A stretch of 64,000 nucleotides of DNA from Saccostrea echinata (Eukaryota): positions 1,860,001-1,924,000 of the forward strand of contig NW_026889779.1 in the NCBI RefSeq assembly GCF_033153115.1, in the 5' to 3' direction. A program made the translations under genes and the position numbers. Below, in pieces: positions 14,480-27,700 of this stretch. Under the pieces are notes generated by a model. It was not told the DNA's origin. It saw nothing but the letters and a program-made list of their open reading frames with translations, and ran no database searches. How positions within the stretch are numbered: position 1 is the stretch's first letter; the number at the start of each line of letters is the position of its first letter.

Positions 14480-17400
14480 TGAAATTAAAAAAATGCCGGA
14501 AATGCTATGCAAAATCCCGGAAATGAATGCAGAGCAAAAGGTATCAATAACCTTCACACATGTACAATCTTTCAAATTACTCTCAATGAAAATTAGAAGT
14601 TTCATCTCTTTAATTTATTATTCTATATATATTTCTGATATTAAACAGCAGGTATGGAGGGAATTAACTAATTATATGGTTCAATTAATTATTAAGTGAA
14701 TTAAAAGATTTGAGTTTAAACCCTGAATAAGGCAAAATTAATGCAAGACTCTTACTCTCAAAAAAAAACCCTCCAAAAACTCTCAGCTGTTTATCAAACA
14801 AGTATCTTCTTACCTCCACATGTGAACATTTTCCTGACAGCAACAACTGATAGCTGGCAGTGTGCCAATAGGGAGTCGGCTAGGAAACCACAGGTCATCA
14901 CCACCAGACCCATCACAGCATAGGGAAGGGCTGCTAGATATCCAGCCTAAATATACATAACCTATATATATCAAAATTTCATAATTAATGATCTTGGTCA
15001 GGGCCATGACATATCCTTATAATGATCATAATGAACATTTGACCAAGTGAGTTCTTTATAAAGATATTCCATTATAAAATTATGACATGAACAAAAATTC
15101 TCCTCCTCAAATCCTTTGACATTGACCTTTTCTATATGACCATGACACAGGGTTATTACATTTATAACATCTTCATTTTTTTTCTAGTTAGTGCGCATTC
15201 CAAGATCAATATCCAAGCAAGTTTGGTTTAATTAAGACTAATAGTTACTTGGGAATGGACCAGCTCAAAAATCTTTAACATGTACACTCCTCTGGAAAAT
15301 GTAGGTCAAATCCAGCATCCAATGCAAATCAGGTAGTGTCCATCCCTAGATGTATCATCCATGCTAGTTTGGTTCAGGTAAGGCTTATATTCGTTCAACT
15401 GGAAAATGTAGCTTAGATTCATCTTCATAAGCAGAACAGAAAATGTACATCCCTAAAAGCATCAACAATGCAAGTTTGGTTTCTGTTTGTTTGTTGTTTA
15501 ACGTCCCTCTTGAGAATTTTTCATTCAAATGGAGACGTCACCACTTGCCAGTGGAGGGCTGCAAGTTTGGTTCAGGTAGGGCTAATATTCACTCATTTGC
15601 AAAATGTACAGCAGGGTTCGAAATTCACTCGCAAAATGTGAGTTAGAATATCCAAATTGCGAGTTAAAAATTTTGTTACTCGCAAAAAAATGCAAGTTGA
15701 TTTTTTTTCAATGTAAATTTTACCTGGGAAAAAATATCCATTTCAATCCAGTTTTAATCTTTCTCTCTTTAGTTACTGTTTATTTCGTCATTTTTAAATG
15801 AACGACCATGTGCCATGTCCGATGATCATGTCGAAAATTACAAAATTTTTTAGAAGATGGATAGATGGCCACATTGGCATTTTTTAAAAAAAGCATTCAT
15901 TTTAAAATTGAGAGTTGTCTTTTGAAATTGTGAGTTTATTTTTTTGGTACTCACAATTATTTGCGAGTTGTAATTTTAGGGAGTTTCTACCCCTGGTACA
16001 TGTAGGTAAGATCTAGCATCAGAGGCAAGTCTGATAAAGTACATCACTAGATGCATCATCCCTTCAAGTTTGGTAGGCCTGTAGTTACATGAGAATGAAC
16101 CTGCTCTAAAACAGCATACCTATTTACTTTTCCAGAAAATGTAGATCAGATCAAGCATCTGAAGCAAGTCTGGTATTGTCCATCTCTAGATGCATCATCC
16201 ATGCAAGTTGGTTCAGGTAAAGAGTAATATTCACTCATCTGGGAAATGTAGGTTAGATCCAGCATCCAAAGCAAGTCTGTTATTAGCATCCCTAGATGCA
16301 CCATGCAAGTTGGTCTAGTTAGGGCTTAAAGTTACTTAGGAATGGACCTATATTTCACCTGGTCACTCATCTGAAAAATGTAGGTCAGATCCAGCATCCA
16401 AAGCAAGTTGGGTAGTTTCAATCCATTGTTACATCATCCATGCAAGTTTGGTCAAGGTAGGGTTTACAGTTACTTTTGAATGGACTTTCAAACTTGAACC
16501 CGGATGCCAATACCAACACTGGGGGTATAGCATAAACTCATCTTGACTTTGTCAAGGTGAGCTAAAAAGTGGTTTTTAACTGCCAACACACCTTTACATA
16601 TCCCTGGTATTTGAGATATCTTTGTTCAAGATAATGAAGTTTTACTGTATATTTGATTCCCTAATTAGACTCCACCCTACCTTGGGGAATGATCTGAAGA
16701 AACCTGAATCTATATCATACAATAATACAAATTTCTGAATCATCTTATTTGGCCCAGTGGTTCATAGGAAAAATATTTTGAAAAGATGCCAATAAATTCT
16801 GACTAATTCTTAATTATCTCCTGTTAAAAGAGACCATGGTTCTTCATTTGATTACACTTGAATCCCCTTTACCTAATGATGCCTTGTGGTAAGTTTTGTT
16901 GAAAATGGCCTAAGGCTCTGGTGAGCTAAAAACAAATACAATTGAAAGTTAACATATTTGTAAACTTACATTTTGTATGTCGAAATTGAGTGCATACTTC
17001 ATGAAGCTGGGAAGTTCTGTGAGCCAGGTGTAAAATCCCCAGTTCTCAGCAAAATGAGCGGCAACAATAGCCCACACTGCTGGGGATCTAAAGATGTCCA
17101 ACCAGGGTGGAAGTAGGTTCTAAACAGAATAAAAATCACAGTTACAATAGTCAATACTGCTGAAGACAAATTAAATTAACATGAAATACTGGTAAATAAT
17201 TAAGCCATAAAGTATTTTGAAAATGGAATACATTGTGCTGCTTTGGTGGTTTTATTATGTTTTAACTTGGCAATCAAAGAATTCTCAAAAAAAACTAAGC
17301 CATCAAGATTTTTGTAGATACATGTCAATCTAACATCCATATATTGAATATATCAGATATGTCCCATGTATTTTGAAACCCTGTTTTCCTATTCCCTGAT

Positions 17401-20400
17401 ATCAAAATAGTAACTGGCTAGTAAGTAATGATTGTCACTGAAATAGTTAGATAACCTGAGATTTATCAAAATATAGTTATTTACTGGATGCATTTGTTTT
17501 AAATCATTTCCATAAACTTTCTTTGTTAAATAAATATAAATTGCAATTATTTTATAGATACTACTGGTAATGAGAAACTGAATGCATACAAACTTAAATA
17601 AGACCATATGAAATGTACAAACATAAAAAGGTGAAATTTTAAACACATGGAATTTAATCATTATGCTTACAGCAAAACTCTTTCTTTGAACAGCAATTAA
17701 TAGAGCAAATTTATGAATATAGCAAAGTATTTTAGGTATTTACATCACCAGATCTTAACATTTTATACATAATGGAGTCAATTCCTATTTATTTAGTACT
17801 GAATACACATTGTTGATTGCCCCTTCTATGGTATATTTTAGGAAATAATTTTACATTCAATGACTATCAGCTCCATACTCTATATATAAGAGATCTCCAT
17901 ACATTTATTCAAATGTTTCTGAAAAGGGGGTTGTTATGGACGCCTATGTAACACATCCGAGGTTATTTTTCCACTTGTTTTTTGATTTCGACACCATTTT
18001 TTGTATAAAACAGTTTCTAATATACAAACCAAACCTGAACAGAAATCTGGTAAAAAGGGACCAAAATTTTTTACTGCATGACCTTGAAGTTATACCTAGT
18101 TCTAAAATTTTTAAACTTTGCATGTTGGCTTTAAAACTTTTGCACCAGAAGAAACAGGAGTTTCATATTTTTTCAAGTGTATTACCTGTGAACATGATTT
18201 TCCTGAGTGTACTATGATTTTTAACCTTAATCATGAAGTTTGACCTGGATTTTAAAATTTTTAACTTAAGCTGTAATTTTCGCACTAGAAGAGAAAGACG
18301 TTTCACATATTTTCATATGTTCATTACCTTGCAGTGACAAGATGATGATTTTTGACCCCATGTCCTATAAGTACACCTCCAAATTTGACTTTCAAAAACT
18401 TGAACATTAGCCATAACTTTTGCACCAAAACATATACTGTACTGGGGGGGGGGGGGGGGGGTACTTAACCGAAAGCAGGGAACCACATTCTTGTTTCATT
18501 CACCTCTGTTTGTTCCTCAGTGTAGCCTATACTGGACTGGTATATATTACATGCTGTATTATATTTACCTCTGTTTGTTCCTCAGTGTATAAGCCTATAC
18601 TGAAGTAGTTTATTTTACATGCTATATTTACCTGTGTTTGTTCCTCAGTGTAGCCTATACTGGACTGTATGTAGTCCAGTTCTGCGTCTGTAATGGTGGA
18701 ATGTTTGGCTGGACTCTCAGCAATCAAAAAGCACCAGCATACAAACCACAGTATACCAAGGCTACCTACAATTTACACCAGAAAAAAGTCTGTGGGATCA
18801 AAATCTGGGATTTTTAATGATGTGGAAAATAACATCCAATGTGATAGATAAAAACAGAAAATGACAGTTATATTCTAATAAAGTGTGTCCAGTATACATG
18901 TACCTGTCTATGCATATACAGGTATGTAATAATACTTTTTTTTATTCATAATCCTAACAGTAATGATCAAGTCTACAGACTAAATAATTGACAGAATCAA
19001 CAACATGAACACACATTTATGTACAAGGCCCCATAATATGCATTTATCAATATGTTTTCAACCTTGGCATTGAGTACTTGTAGGGTGGCCTCAGAATCTA
19101 CTGGCTGGGTCTTTGTATAGTGAAAATGATATCTGTGTTTTGTGCTGTGTGAAAATGTAATGAAAATATGTTGATTTTGACCTCTGATTGTCTCAAAATC
19201 TTTCCACATTTCTTCTCTTACCAATGTTTCCCCATGTATGAGCCCATGGGCCACATTGCTCACCTATGCTTTTGGCTATGAAAAAGCATAATTCAGTTTG
19301 GTATTGAAAAGTTTAAATATATAAGTGGTTCCAACCTTCCCCTAATTGGGGGGGGGGGGGGGGAGGGAGGGAGGAGGGGGAAGCACATGATTTAAACAAA
19401 CTTGAATCTTCACTAACTGAGGATTCTACCATAATTCTTAAATTAATAATGGTCTTAAAAGATTTTTAAAGATTTTTTTCCCTTTAAGTTTGATTTCTGT
19501 TGTGGCCCACCACTTCCCTGGGTTTCGTGATTTCAACAAACTTGAATCTACACTGCCTGACAATGCTTCCTTACAAATATGACCAATCATGGCTTTGCTG
19601 TTCTTGAGAAGAAGTTTTTCTAAGATTTAAAAAGATTTTTCCTATGTATTTTTTATATCTAGTACACTACCTGAAGACACTTCTATAAATATGACTAAAT
19701 ATTGGTTTGCTGTTCTTGAGGAGGAGATTCTTAAAGATGTTTCCAATGTATTTCTATCTAAAACTTTGATTGTCGAATGTGGCTCTGCCCTGCCCCCAGG
19801 CCTGGGTCATGATTTGAACAATCTTAAATCTACAACACTGCCTGACAATGCTTCCATACAAACAAGAGCAATCATGGATTTGCTGTTCTTGAGGATAAGA
19901 TTTTCTAAGATGTTTCCTATGTATTTCTATGCTAAACTTTGATTGTCCATTGTGGCCCTGCCCTACCCCAGGAGGTCATGATTTGAACAAACTTGAATCT
20001 AAACAGCCTGACAATTCTTCCGTACAAATATGAGCAATCATGGATTTGCTGTTCTTGAGGAGAAGATTTTTAAGGATGTTTCCTATGTATTCCAAACTAT
20101 GTCAAACTTTGATCGTCCACTCTGGCCCCGCCCTAACCCCCCGGGGTCATGATTTGAACAAACTTGAATCTACACTGCCTGAGGATGTTTCCACACAAAT
20201 ATGAGCAATCATGGATTTGCTGTTCTTCAGGAGAAGATTTTCAAAGATGTTTCCTATGTTAAACTTTGATCATCCATTGTGGCCCTGCCCTACCCCTGGG
20301 GGTCATGAATTTAATCCCCAAGGAATATTTCTGCTTTTACAGTATTTGTAATGAAAACAGTCACAAATGTAAATAATTATATAATTAATTAGGTATCATT

Positions 20401-23400
20401 TTAAAACTTTTATTGGGATGTAAATATGGGTTGGCACATGATTAAATCTACAATAAAGACCTTTGGGCTTCATGGGATTTGATCACATGACCTACCCATA
20501 TTTACATACCGAAAAAAGTTTTAAAATGATACCTTATTTTTTAAATAAACACGTTATACAGAGAAGATCATGTAAACCTACCAAACAGATAGAAGATAGA
20601 CTGCCACTTGTATCCAGCAGAAAACAGACCCCCAGATATCAGCATAGCAAAGACAGTACCAATATAGGAACCTATAAAAGAAGCAGTAGTGATTGTACAT
20701 ACATGGATCATTCATTTAAGCAAAGTAAGACATAATAAGCTATAAAGGACAAAGTATGGTAACAGCCTTATTTAATATGAAAAAAACAATGCTTGTTTTT
20801 AAACCTGGCCAGCATTGATTTTAATTCAAAAATATATGTACATGGAGGCCACAAATAAAATCATTTTATTTCAATTTCCTCAGTTCTGATGGAATTTTGT
20901 CAAATTTGAGATACTTTTCATTTCAGAAACACAGGGTGCAAGCTTGCCTATCAAGATTCTCATACAAAAGATACATTTCATACTAGTGCATAAAATACTA
21001 TTAAGAAAACATACCTTTTTCCCAAGGGGTCATTGTTCCGGGAATATTATAAATTCTGTTCAATCCAGGAGTAGAAAATTACACCAATTTCTTGGATTGA
21101 CATTATATGTCCTTATTGTATTTTAAGTCTGATGTGGCAAATTTCTGTAGATAAATTGTTATCATGTACATAGCATAAATTAATCTCAAGTGGAAAAAGT
21201 ATGTCTACAGTATGTAATTATTGCTAGATATAAGCAAGCTTTCACCCTGTGTAAATTGAAAAAAAAATTGTCTTAAATTTGAAAATTGACAAATTTTGTG
21301 ACGTTGTGCAGACCAGACCTTGTACTATGGTCAAACGGCTCACCGTAGTATTTTTTCCGGATTGATACACAGTACAAAATCTCAGTTTTTGGTTCTGTTC
21401 ACTTTTTGATTGGAATGTTTTTCAGTCAGATTTGGCATTCATAAAAAACACATCACACAGCAATTATGAAATCTTAATAATAAGATTCTTCAAGAAAAAT
21501 AGTTTATAGAAATTCATTCCAGTAAATTTCTTCTAGTCAACTTGTGCATTAATCAAGTAACAAGATCGACATAAAACAACTTGGAATTTTTTTCCTTTTG
21601 TCAAAATGTAGTGAATTGATTTGACCATGAAAATTGTATATTATATATCATATCATGAAGGAGGCAATTCATTTTACCCAGGGCTAGAAATAATTATTTT
21701 TGTTTACTGGTCACTCGGGCTATCGCCTTAAATTTTTACTGGTCAGCTTAGTACTTTCACTGTCCCACTGGGCCAGTAGATTTAAAAAAGACTGGCCCAA
21801 AACTATAATAATGATAGTATTATTTTTTTTTATATTGTGATACTTAGAAGTACAATTTAACAAAACAAGAAACAGCAGAAGTTGGGACACACAACCCTGT
21901 CAAGTTAACTAGCCGCACTGTGAAAGAATTTTATTATGCATAAAAAATGCTGACCCAAAGGGCACATGCCTTCTGCAATGTACTAGCCCGTATTGAAAAT
22001 TCACTGGCCCCAGACCAGCGGGCCATCAATTATTTCGAGCCCTGTTTACCCCTAGTATCCTATCCCTTAAAGGGGTCTTAACCTATCTTGGCCTTTACTG
22101 CAAGTCAATCAGTATGCTAAATTAGAATGGTGATTTAAATTACTGTACTATAAATTTTATGTAACATGACAAACTGAGAAATTGACATTCAAACCTGAAA
22201 ATGCAAAAGCTACCAATCTGGTCTTCTCCAGGGGAGGTGCCCATTTGGCCCAAATGGCATGGATGGAGGGATAAGTAACTCCCTTAAAAAATAAAATATT
22301 ACAATTATAGTAGACTCATTCTAAAAACAAACTCAGGAAATTTTACATTGAAATACTGAATTTTTAAATTGTAATACTTATTTTAATTTTTCAAAATCAT
22401 AATGAATAAAGTAGATCCACTAAAAATGTCTGTACACTTTCTGCATTGGACATATTTAGAGCAAACATTGTCATCTCCTCCTATAAACCATCCTTCCCTA
22501 TACAGATACTGTTATGCGTTTTTGTGGTTCTTATCACAGATTTGCTTAAATTGAGCTATGCATTTGACAAGTCTGACCTCACAGAATCCCTCTAGAACAC
22601 GAACAGTGACCAGAAGAGCAATGTTCTGTTGAGCACAGAATGGTGTAAGGATTGTTAATACTGCAGTTATAAATATCCCTCCACCAAACAAAAACTTCCC
22701 TCCAAATCGATTGGCAAGAAAACCTGAGAAAATATGCAAACATAGAAATAATTTCTTAACTAATTTTTTCATACTTTGATTTCCTATTTTTTGGTTAGTC
22801 TGTCTACTTGCAATAAAATTATATTCTGCATGTTTCAAAAATATTTCTGGTAGCTTACTTTACTACTTTAAACCATGTTCAATCTAGAGAACAAAGCTAC
22901 TATCCTGCAGCTATGAATTTTATTTGTTATACCTCCTGGTAGTTGAGTGAAGATATAACCATAAAAGAAAGCTCCAAGAATGAGTCCCTGCTGTTTACTG
23001 CTCCAGTCAAAGCCTGGCTCAATCAGCTGAAACATTCACTCAAGTTTTACTCATTACGTCAACAAAAATCTGTCAAAGTTGAGCAACTCTAATTAAAAAT
23101 ATATCTCAACAAAGAAAGCAAAAATGATTTTGTTTTCTCTGCAAACCAAATGATCCTTTGTTAATGATTATTGGTTTCTTATTTTCTATTAAATTAATTA
23201 ATATACTTGATTTTCATCATGCTTTATTTCAGAGTTATTTTCTTTAAGGATTTTTACTTACTGTGGTAGACTCATTAGTAATGTTGTATTTTGCCACCAT
23301 ACCAACAATAGCTATACTCAAGTTTGCTCTTAATGCATAAATATTACCTTTAAAAAAACAAACAAAAATTACTGTTGTTCTTTAAGCAAAATTAAAACAA

Positions 23401-23864
23401 ATAAGCCATCATGATATTATAATTCTTCCATATATGAATAAACCTAATAACTTAATATATTTTTTGAAGTCAAATCAGAGAATCAGAAGACCTCACGACA
23501 AGAGGAAGCAATGTTTTAGGACAAATACCAGTTACCATTGCATTCATGTAATCAACTAACCTCTTGTTATAAACAAGAAAAAAATTATTAAGAGCCAAAC
23601 TTTGGTCTATTTTATTGATATTCTGTGTGTTGTACAATAAGATGTTTGCAACTGGCTACATACATGTATGAATCACTCATAAATAAAATACATTAGATTT
23701 GTTAAAACTTGCTTACAGAATCCAAAGAAAGCCATGATGCCCACAATGTATCGTTTTGGGAATCTACCCAACAGTGATAGCTTTCTGTTGCATAGGTCAT
23801 GATGTTCTTCAGCTGAGTGAAAGGATTCTGCAATTGGCTGTCTCTCTCCAAAACTCTCTGGCAT
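7420..23864 (-). CDS. SLC17A5: Sialin-like SLC17 (MFS anion transporter), ~490 aa, 12 coding exons
   Basis: GT-AG exons with consistent phase: 23864-23717, 23347-23262, 23026-22933, 22723-22578, 22282-22195, 20671-20582, 18765-18632, 17119-16970, 14946-14814, 9511-9366, 8019-7927, 7584-7420 (1473 nt). SLC17 motifs: [82 protein letters not shown]. Orthology within the expanded invertebrate SLC17 family is not proven. Confidence 0.9.
8825..9343. repeat. ~120-bp near-identical direct repeat (8825-8945 and 9223-9343)
   Basis: Direct sequence comparison. Lies in the intron just past the SLC17 exon-10 donor. Confidence 0.85.
9687..10166 (+). mobile_element. Degenerate HINE-type element with internal repeats
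   Basis: aacaag start, three repeats of gtcaaactccaagg...gtcacaaggaata, and a ggggcataaaaa end. Confidence 0.5.
10849..14474 (+). mobile_element. Non-autonomous Helentron carrying a Cg170/HindIII-like satellite array
   Basis: 5' aacaagaggcccatgggccacatcgttcacctgag. About 20 units of ~166 bp. (GACG/GACA)n at ~14380-14430. 3' hairpin agctcacttgagctttcagctcaggtgagct followed by an A-run. Confidence 0.9.
10920..14210. repeat. Tandem satellite, ~20 x 166 bp, with 4-mer higher-order structure
   Basis: ctattgtggcc recurs every 165-167 bp from 10931 to 14085. Confidence 0.97.
14990..16563 (+). mobile_element. Degenerate HINE-type element with ~120-bp internal repeats and nested insertions
   Basis: Repeated gtaggtcagatccagcatc...catgcaagttgg units. 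3' hairpin ctcatcttgactttgtcaaggtgagctaaaaa. Left boundary approximate. Confidence 0.55.
15612..15995. mobile_element. MITE with CAGGG termini
   Basis: cagggttcgaaattc...gagtttctacccctg. Internal inverted ctcgcaaa/ttgcgag. Flanks gtacag/gtacat. Confidence 0.6.
17930..18495 (-). mobile_element. Degenerate HINE-type element, reverse orientation
   Basis: Ends in cttgtt (aacaag on the - strand). Internal repeats of tgacc...aaaactttaacc...ttttgcacca, similar to 41740-42463. Confidence 0.45.
19238..20312 (+). repeat. Older, diverged copy of the 166-bp satellite/Helentron
   Basis: Same 5' end (gcccatgggccacattgctcacct) and ~5-6 diverged units. Confidence 0.8.
21679..22044. mobile_element. MITE with CAGGG TIRs and a 6-bp TSD
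   Basis: cagggctagaaataatt...aattatttcgagccctg, flanked by tttacc on both sides. Confidence 0.8.
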
Positions 23865-24339
23865 GATTGTAATTTCTGGTCTGGATACTCTCTGTAAAAT
23901 AATTTTCTACTGCACATATGTTTATCCCAGTATTTGAAGTTAGAAGTGTGATACCTGATTTTTTTTCGGGGAGAGGGGGGTCTTCAAAACATAAATGAAA
24001 CTAGTTATTTATCAGAAATGAGATTTGTGCTGAAAATTGATATTTCTCTTTAAAAGAGCGAATACTCCAAAAGGTAAACTACCGACACTAACCAAAAAGA
24101 TAACACAGAGACTTTCAAATTATTTAAAGGCATGAAAAATACGTATCATCAGAGAGTTGTCAAAATCGGCATGCATGACTGCATCATCAATATCAAAAAA
24201 CTCATGTAAAAAATTAGATTTTCTTGTAGAAAAAATACATACAAACTCAAATAAACACACTGCTTAGATGCAATCTAAATATTATCATTCCCGTGAACTA
24301 GATGAACAAAAAACACTTGTTTGGATGCACCATATGCAT

Positions 24340-24734
24340 GATATGGTCGCACATGTAACCCTTCCCTCCATCTTTGTTTACGTTTTTTCATCCAATCGAC
24401 AATTAGAACAAGGCTTTTAATTGGTTGATTTTTCTGCATAGACTGTAGCTCATTGTCTAACTTTTCGATTAGAAATTAATATTTTGATAATAATATGAAT
24501 GAAAATGAATATATCATATAATTTCAACCATGAACTTCTAAAAATTATTTTTAAAACGCAAATGATTGATCTTTCTAGAGGATAATTATGTTAAATATTA
24601 TCATATTTTATGAGAGAAATCAGCCAATCAAAAGTTCCGATATTTCTCATGACATCACTTTGTCGGGCTCAGTAATCTGTGACTTCCACTGAGAAAGGAA
24701 TAATAAGCGGACAATCCTCGTTTTTGTTTCCAAG
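24340..24734. promoter_or_regulatory. Putative bidirectional promoter for SLC17 (-) and APP (+)
   Basis: The two start codons are 870 bp apart and divergent. CCAAT boxes at ~24392, ~24420 (reverse) and ~24624. CRE-like TGACATCA at ~24650. An SLC17 acceptor at 23892 implies a non-coding first exon here. Confidence 0.55.
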
Positions 24735-27700
24735 ATGGGGCAGCTAACGCTTCCATCGGTGCTAGCCTGCGTCTGTGTGTTTGTCCAGATCAGTGTTGGA
24801 TATATAGAGGTGAATATTATCGAGTTTTAACACAAATATATTGTTGCCATATTTTCTTATTGCATTGAATGTGTCTCGAATTGGAATGTGTCGTCCATGT
24901 TGAATATATTTATAGTCTGTCATCACCATGCAATGTCACCAGTCTTTCTTTAATGTTAGTAGATTTTTGTCACCAACGTAACGAAGAATAAAAACAAATT
25001 AAAAATGCGCTGCGATGAAGATGATGAATAGTTCTGTCATCTTTGAATCACAGAGGCCAAGTCGTGAAAGAAGGGGTGGGGGGGGGGGGGGGTTATTGAT
25101 ATGAAAGGTACCATTATCATGATTATCAGCTGTTTATGTTTTTAACAAAAATATTTGAATTAGAAAGTTATATACATATCAGGACAGAACATGTTGGGAC
25201 AGTTGAGTTTGTACAAGAAGTATTAAAAGGAAGATGTAATTTTTAAGCAGGAAACCTAATGTCCAAATCATCATAGTGTAGTGGTTTGGTCAAAAGGGAA
25301 CTATGGGTATAAACCTGGGTAGCTCATTGCTTAGAGCAGGGATCGAGTATTTACTTCTTTGTCCAGCTATACATTTTCTACTGTTCTGTTACATTTAGTG
25401 CAGTTGACTTCCTCTTAGATAGAATGTTCTATCGATTGTTAAAATGATAAATGTCCTACGGACCAGGTTTAACAATAGAATGCGTTCCGTGTACTGTCAG
25501 TGTAGCAAAGAAAATACGGGAGATAAATCTAGCTCAGTGCATTTATTATGAAAGTCTTAAGAATTCCGAGTGTCAACATGGTTAGTAAATACTAAATTTG
25601 AAACGAGTAAAAAACGTTGGTGAAAAAGTGTTGAATTCTTCCATTATATGGATTAAATTTTTAAATGAAAGTTATTTACGGTCAGGGACTAAGATATTTG
25701 GGTTGTGTGTCTTTAAAGGCAAAGACAATTTAGGGAGGGAGGAATATAGTAGATTTGGCAATGTGGGCCTTTAATGTCAGCCTAGGTAGCTCAGTGATTA
25801 GAACACTTGACTAGTGATGGTCCTGAGTTTAATTTCATCCTTAAGTTCCTATTACAATAGAAAAAGGGATCATCCAGAAGACTGCTAAAACAAAGAAAGC
25901 CATTGGCTTTGGAATTAATGGCTTTTTTTTGGACAGACGTTTTGGGGCAGGTAGATTTCCAATAAATTGTGTCAGATACTAAAGCTAGTTTTGGTCTCTG
26001 TGCTTGAATCTTTTCATGAAGAAGAACAGGGTTGTCACGCAGGGGCTGGGGAATTTCCTGTGTATAATGAGGTGATCCCCCAGTTATCCTGGTATTCCCC
26101 CTCAACCATCTGTTAGGGGAGGAACCCCAAACCCCCTTCTACTTTTTAAAGGTCCCATGCTATTTCATTTCTTAGGGAAAATCCTGGAAAAGACATAATT
26201 AAATCCTCAAATGACCTTCTCAAAGTTCTGAAGAAAAAAAAGGAACTTCAAGAATAATCCGAAAGTTGAGTTTGAAAAAAATAACCCTACCTACTAATCC
26301 TGATATATTTTATTGAACAAGTTTGGGAAAATAAAATTACAATATTGGTGGTCCAGGACCAGCAATGTATCATAATTATGTATGACTAATGAAATTAAGA
26401 TGTGAAATTGCTAAAAATTATTTAATTATCATGGTTTGAAGAAAAAGTATATCACTTGATTTGAATTATGAATTTCGAGTAAGGCCACACCAATAAAAAT
26501 TTTTGTTCGTCGGACCCACGCGCTTGTATTTAAGCAAAATTATACAAATAATATTTATTTTAATTTCCCGCACCATGGAAATTCTGTGCTATTTCAGTCT
26601 ATGCTAAAGACATCGGACTGTCGGACCTGACCGATGTGCAGTGCCTTTGGTCCGATGCATCATTTTTTACACTGGACCGGAATGTCCGATGTCTCAGTGT
26701 CGGATTTTGAGCTTTACTATTTTGACGCGGAGTCATTTAAATGTTTGTTATAAGTAAAAAATATCGCAGGAATCCAAGTACGTAACTGAATGTAATTAAA
26801 ACCGCATGGAGTCCATGATCATGATGGACCGTCTAAAGTATTACGCGGGAGCGATCCCTGGTAAAAGAAAAGCTGTTACAGTTAGGCCTACTCGAGAATA
26901 AGGACTATGAGTCGAAACGACCTGCAAGAAGATTCAATACTGATTGGAAAAATGGCCGATCATGGCTTATATAGTTAGGAGGTAGGCATGACTTGCACAT
27001 TTTGTTCCAAATATGGTAAAAAATCAGTCTGACAAAATTTGGTTCGGTCCTGTGTATTCATTGACTACACAGGACCGAATGTCCTGTGTGGTGCAAAAAA
27101 CTTTCGCATAGACTGCTATTTTCTATTCCATTTCCACTCCATTTTTCATATTTTAAATGTGCTTTCTCTGCAAATCAGAAAAAATATAATTGTCTGCTCA
27201 AATTTTTTCATGCTCTGCCTAAAAATTTTGCCTACAAAAAAGTAATAATATTGTTATTATTTAACTGCTTGCCCGCTCGTACTTTTTTTCATCAAATGTC
27301 CGACGAACAAGAAATTAAATTAGTGTGGCCTAATGAAATAATTTAGTAGAAAGAATGTCGTAAGAAATATCCAACATTTTTTTATTTTTGAAAAGGGGGA
27401 GGGGGATCATCTGAAACAAAGATTAATAACCAAACAAGGTAAAATGCTACAGTCAATGCTCTATTTCCCTTATTTTTGTAAACATTTTTTTTATGAAACA
27501 CTGTGAGAACCATTACTTATTCTGCTTGTAACTGTAGGACAGAAAAAATGTACATTTATAAGCCAAACAATGAGATTGCCTGGTCAGCCCTCAGTGTAAT
27601 GGTAGATCATAACAGAGATTTACTGCTTGGAAAGCCCCATAAACAGCTGTTATCACTCCATTATCCTGTAAATGATTGGTTAATGTGAGATAAAGGGTAT

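Noticed and set aside
25310-25840. tRNA-like fragments (gtagctcattgcttagagca; gtagctcagtgattagaaca)
   Set aside because: No complete cloverleaf. Probably decayed SINE heads.
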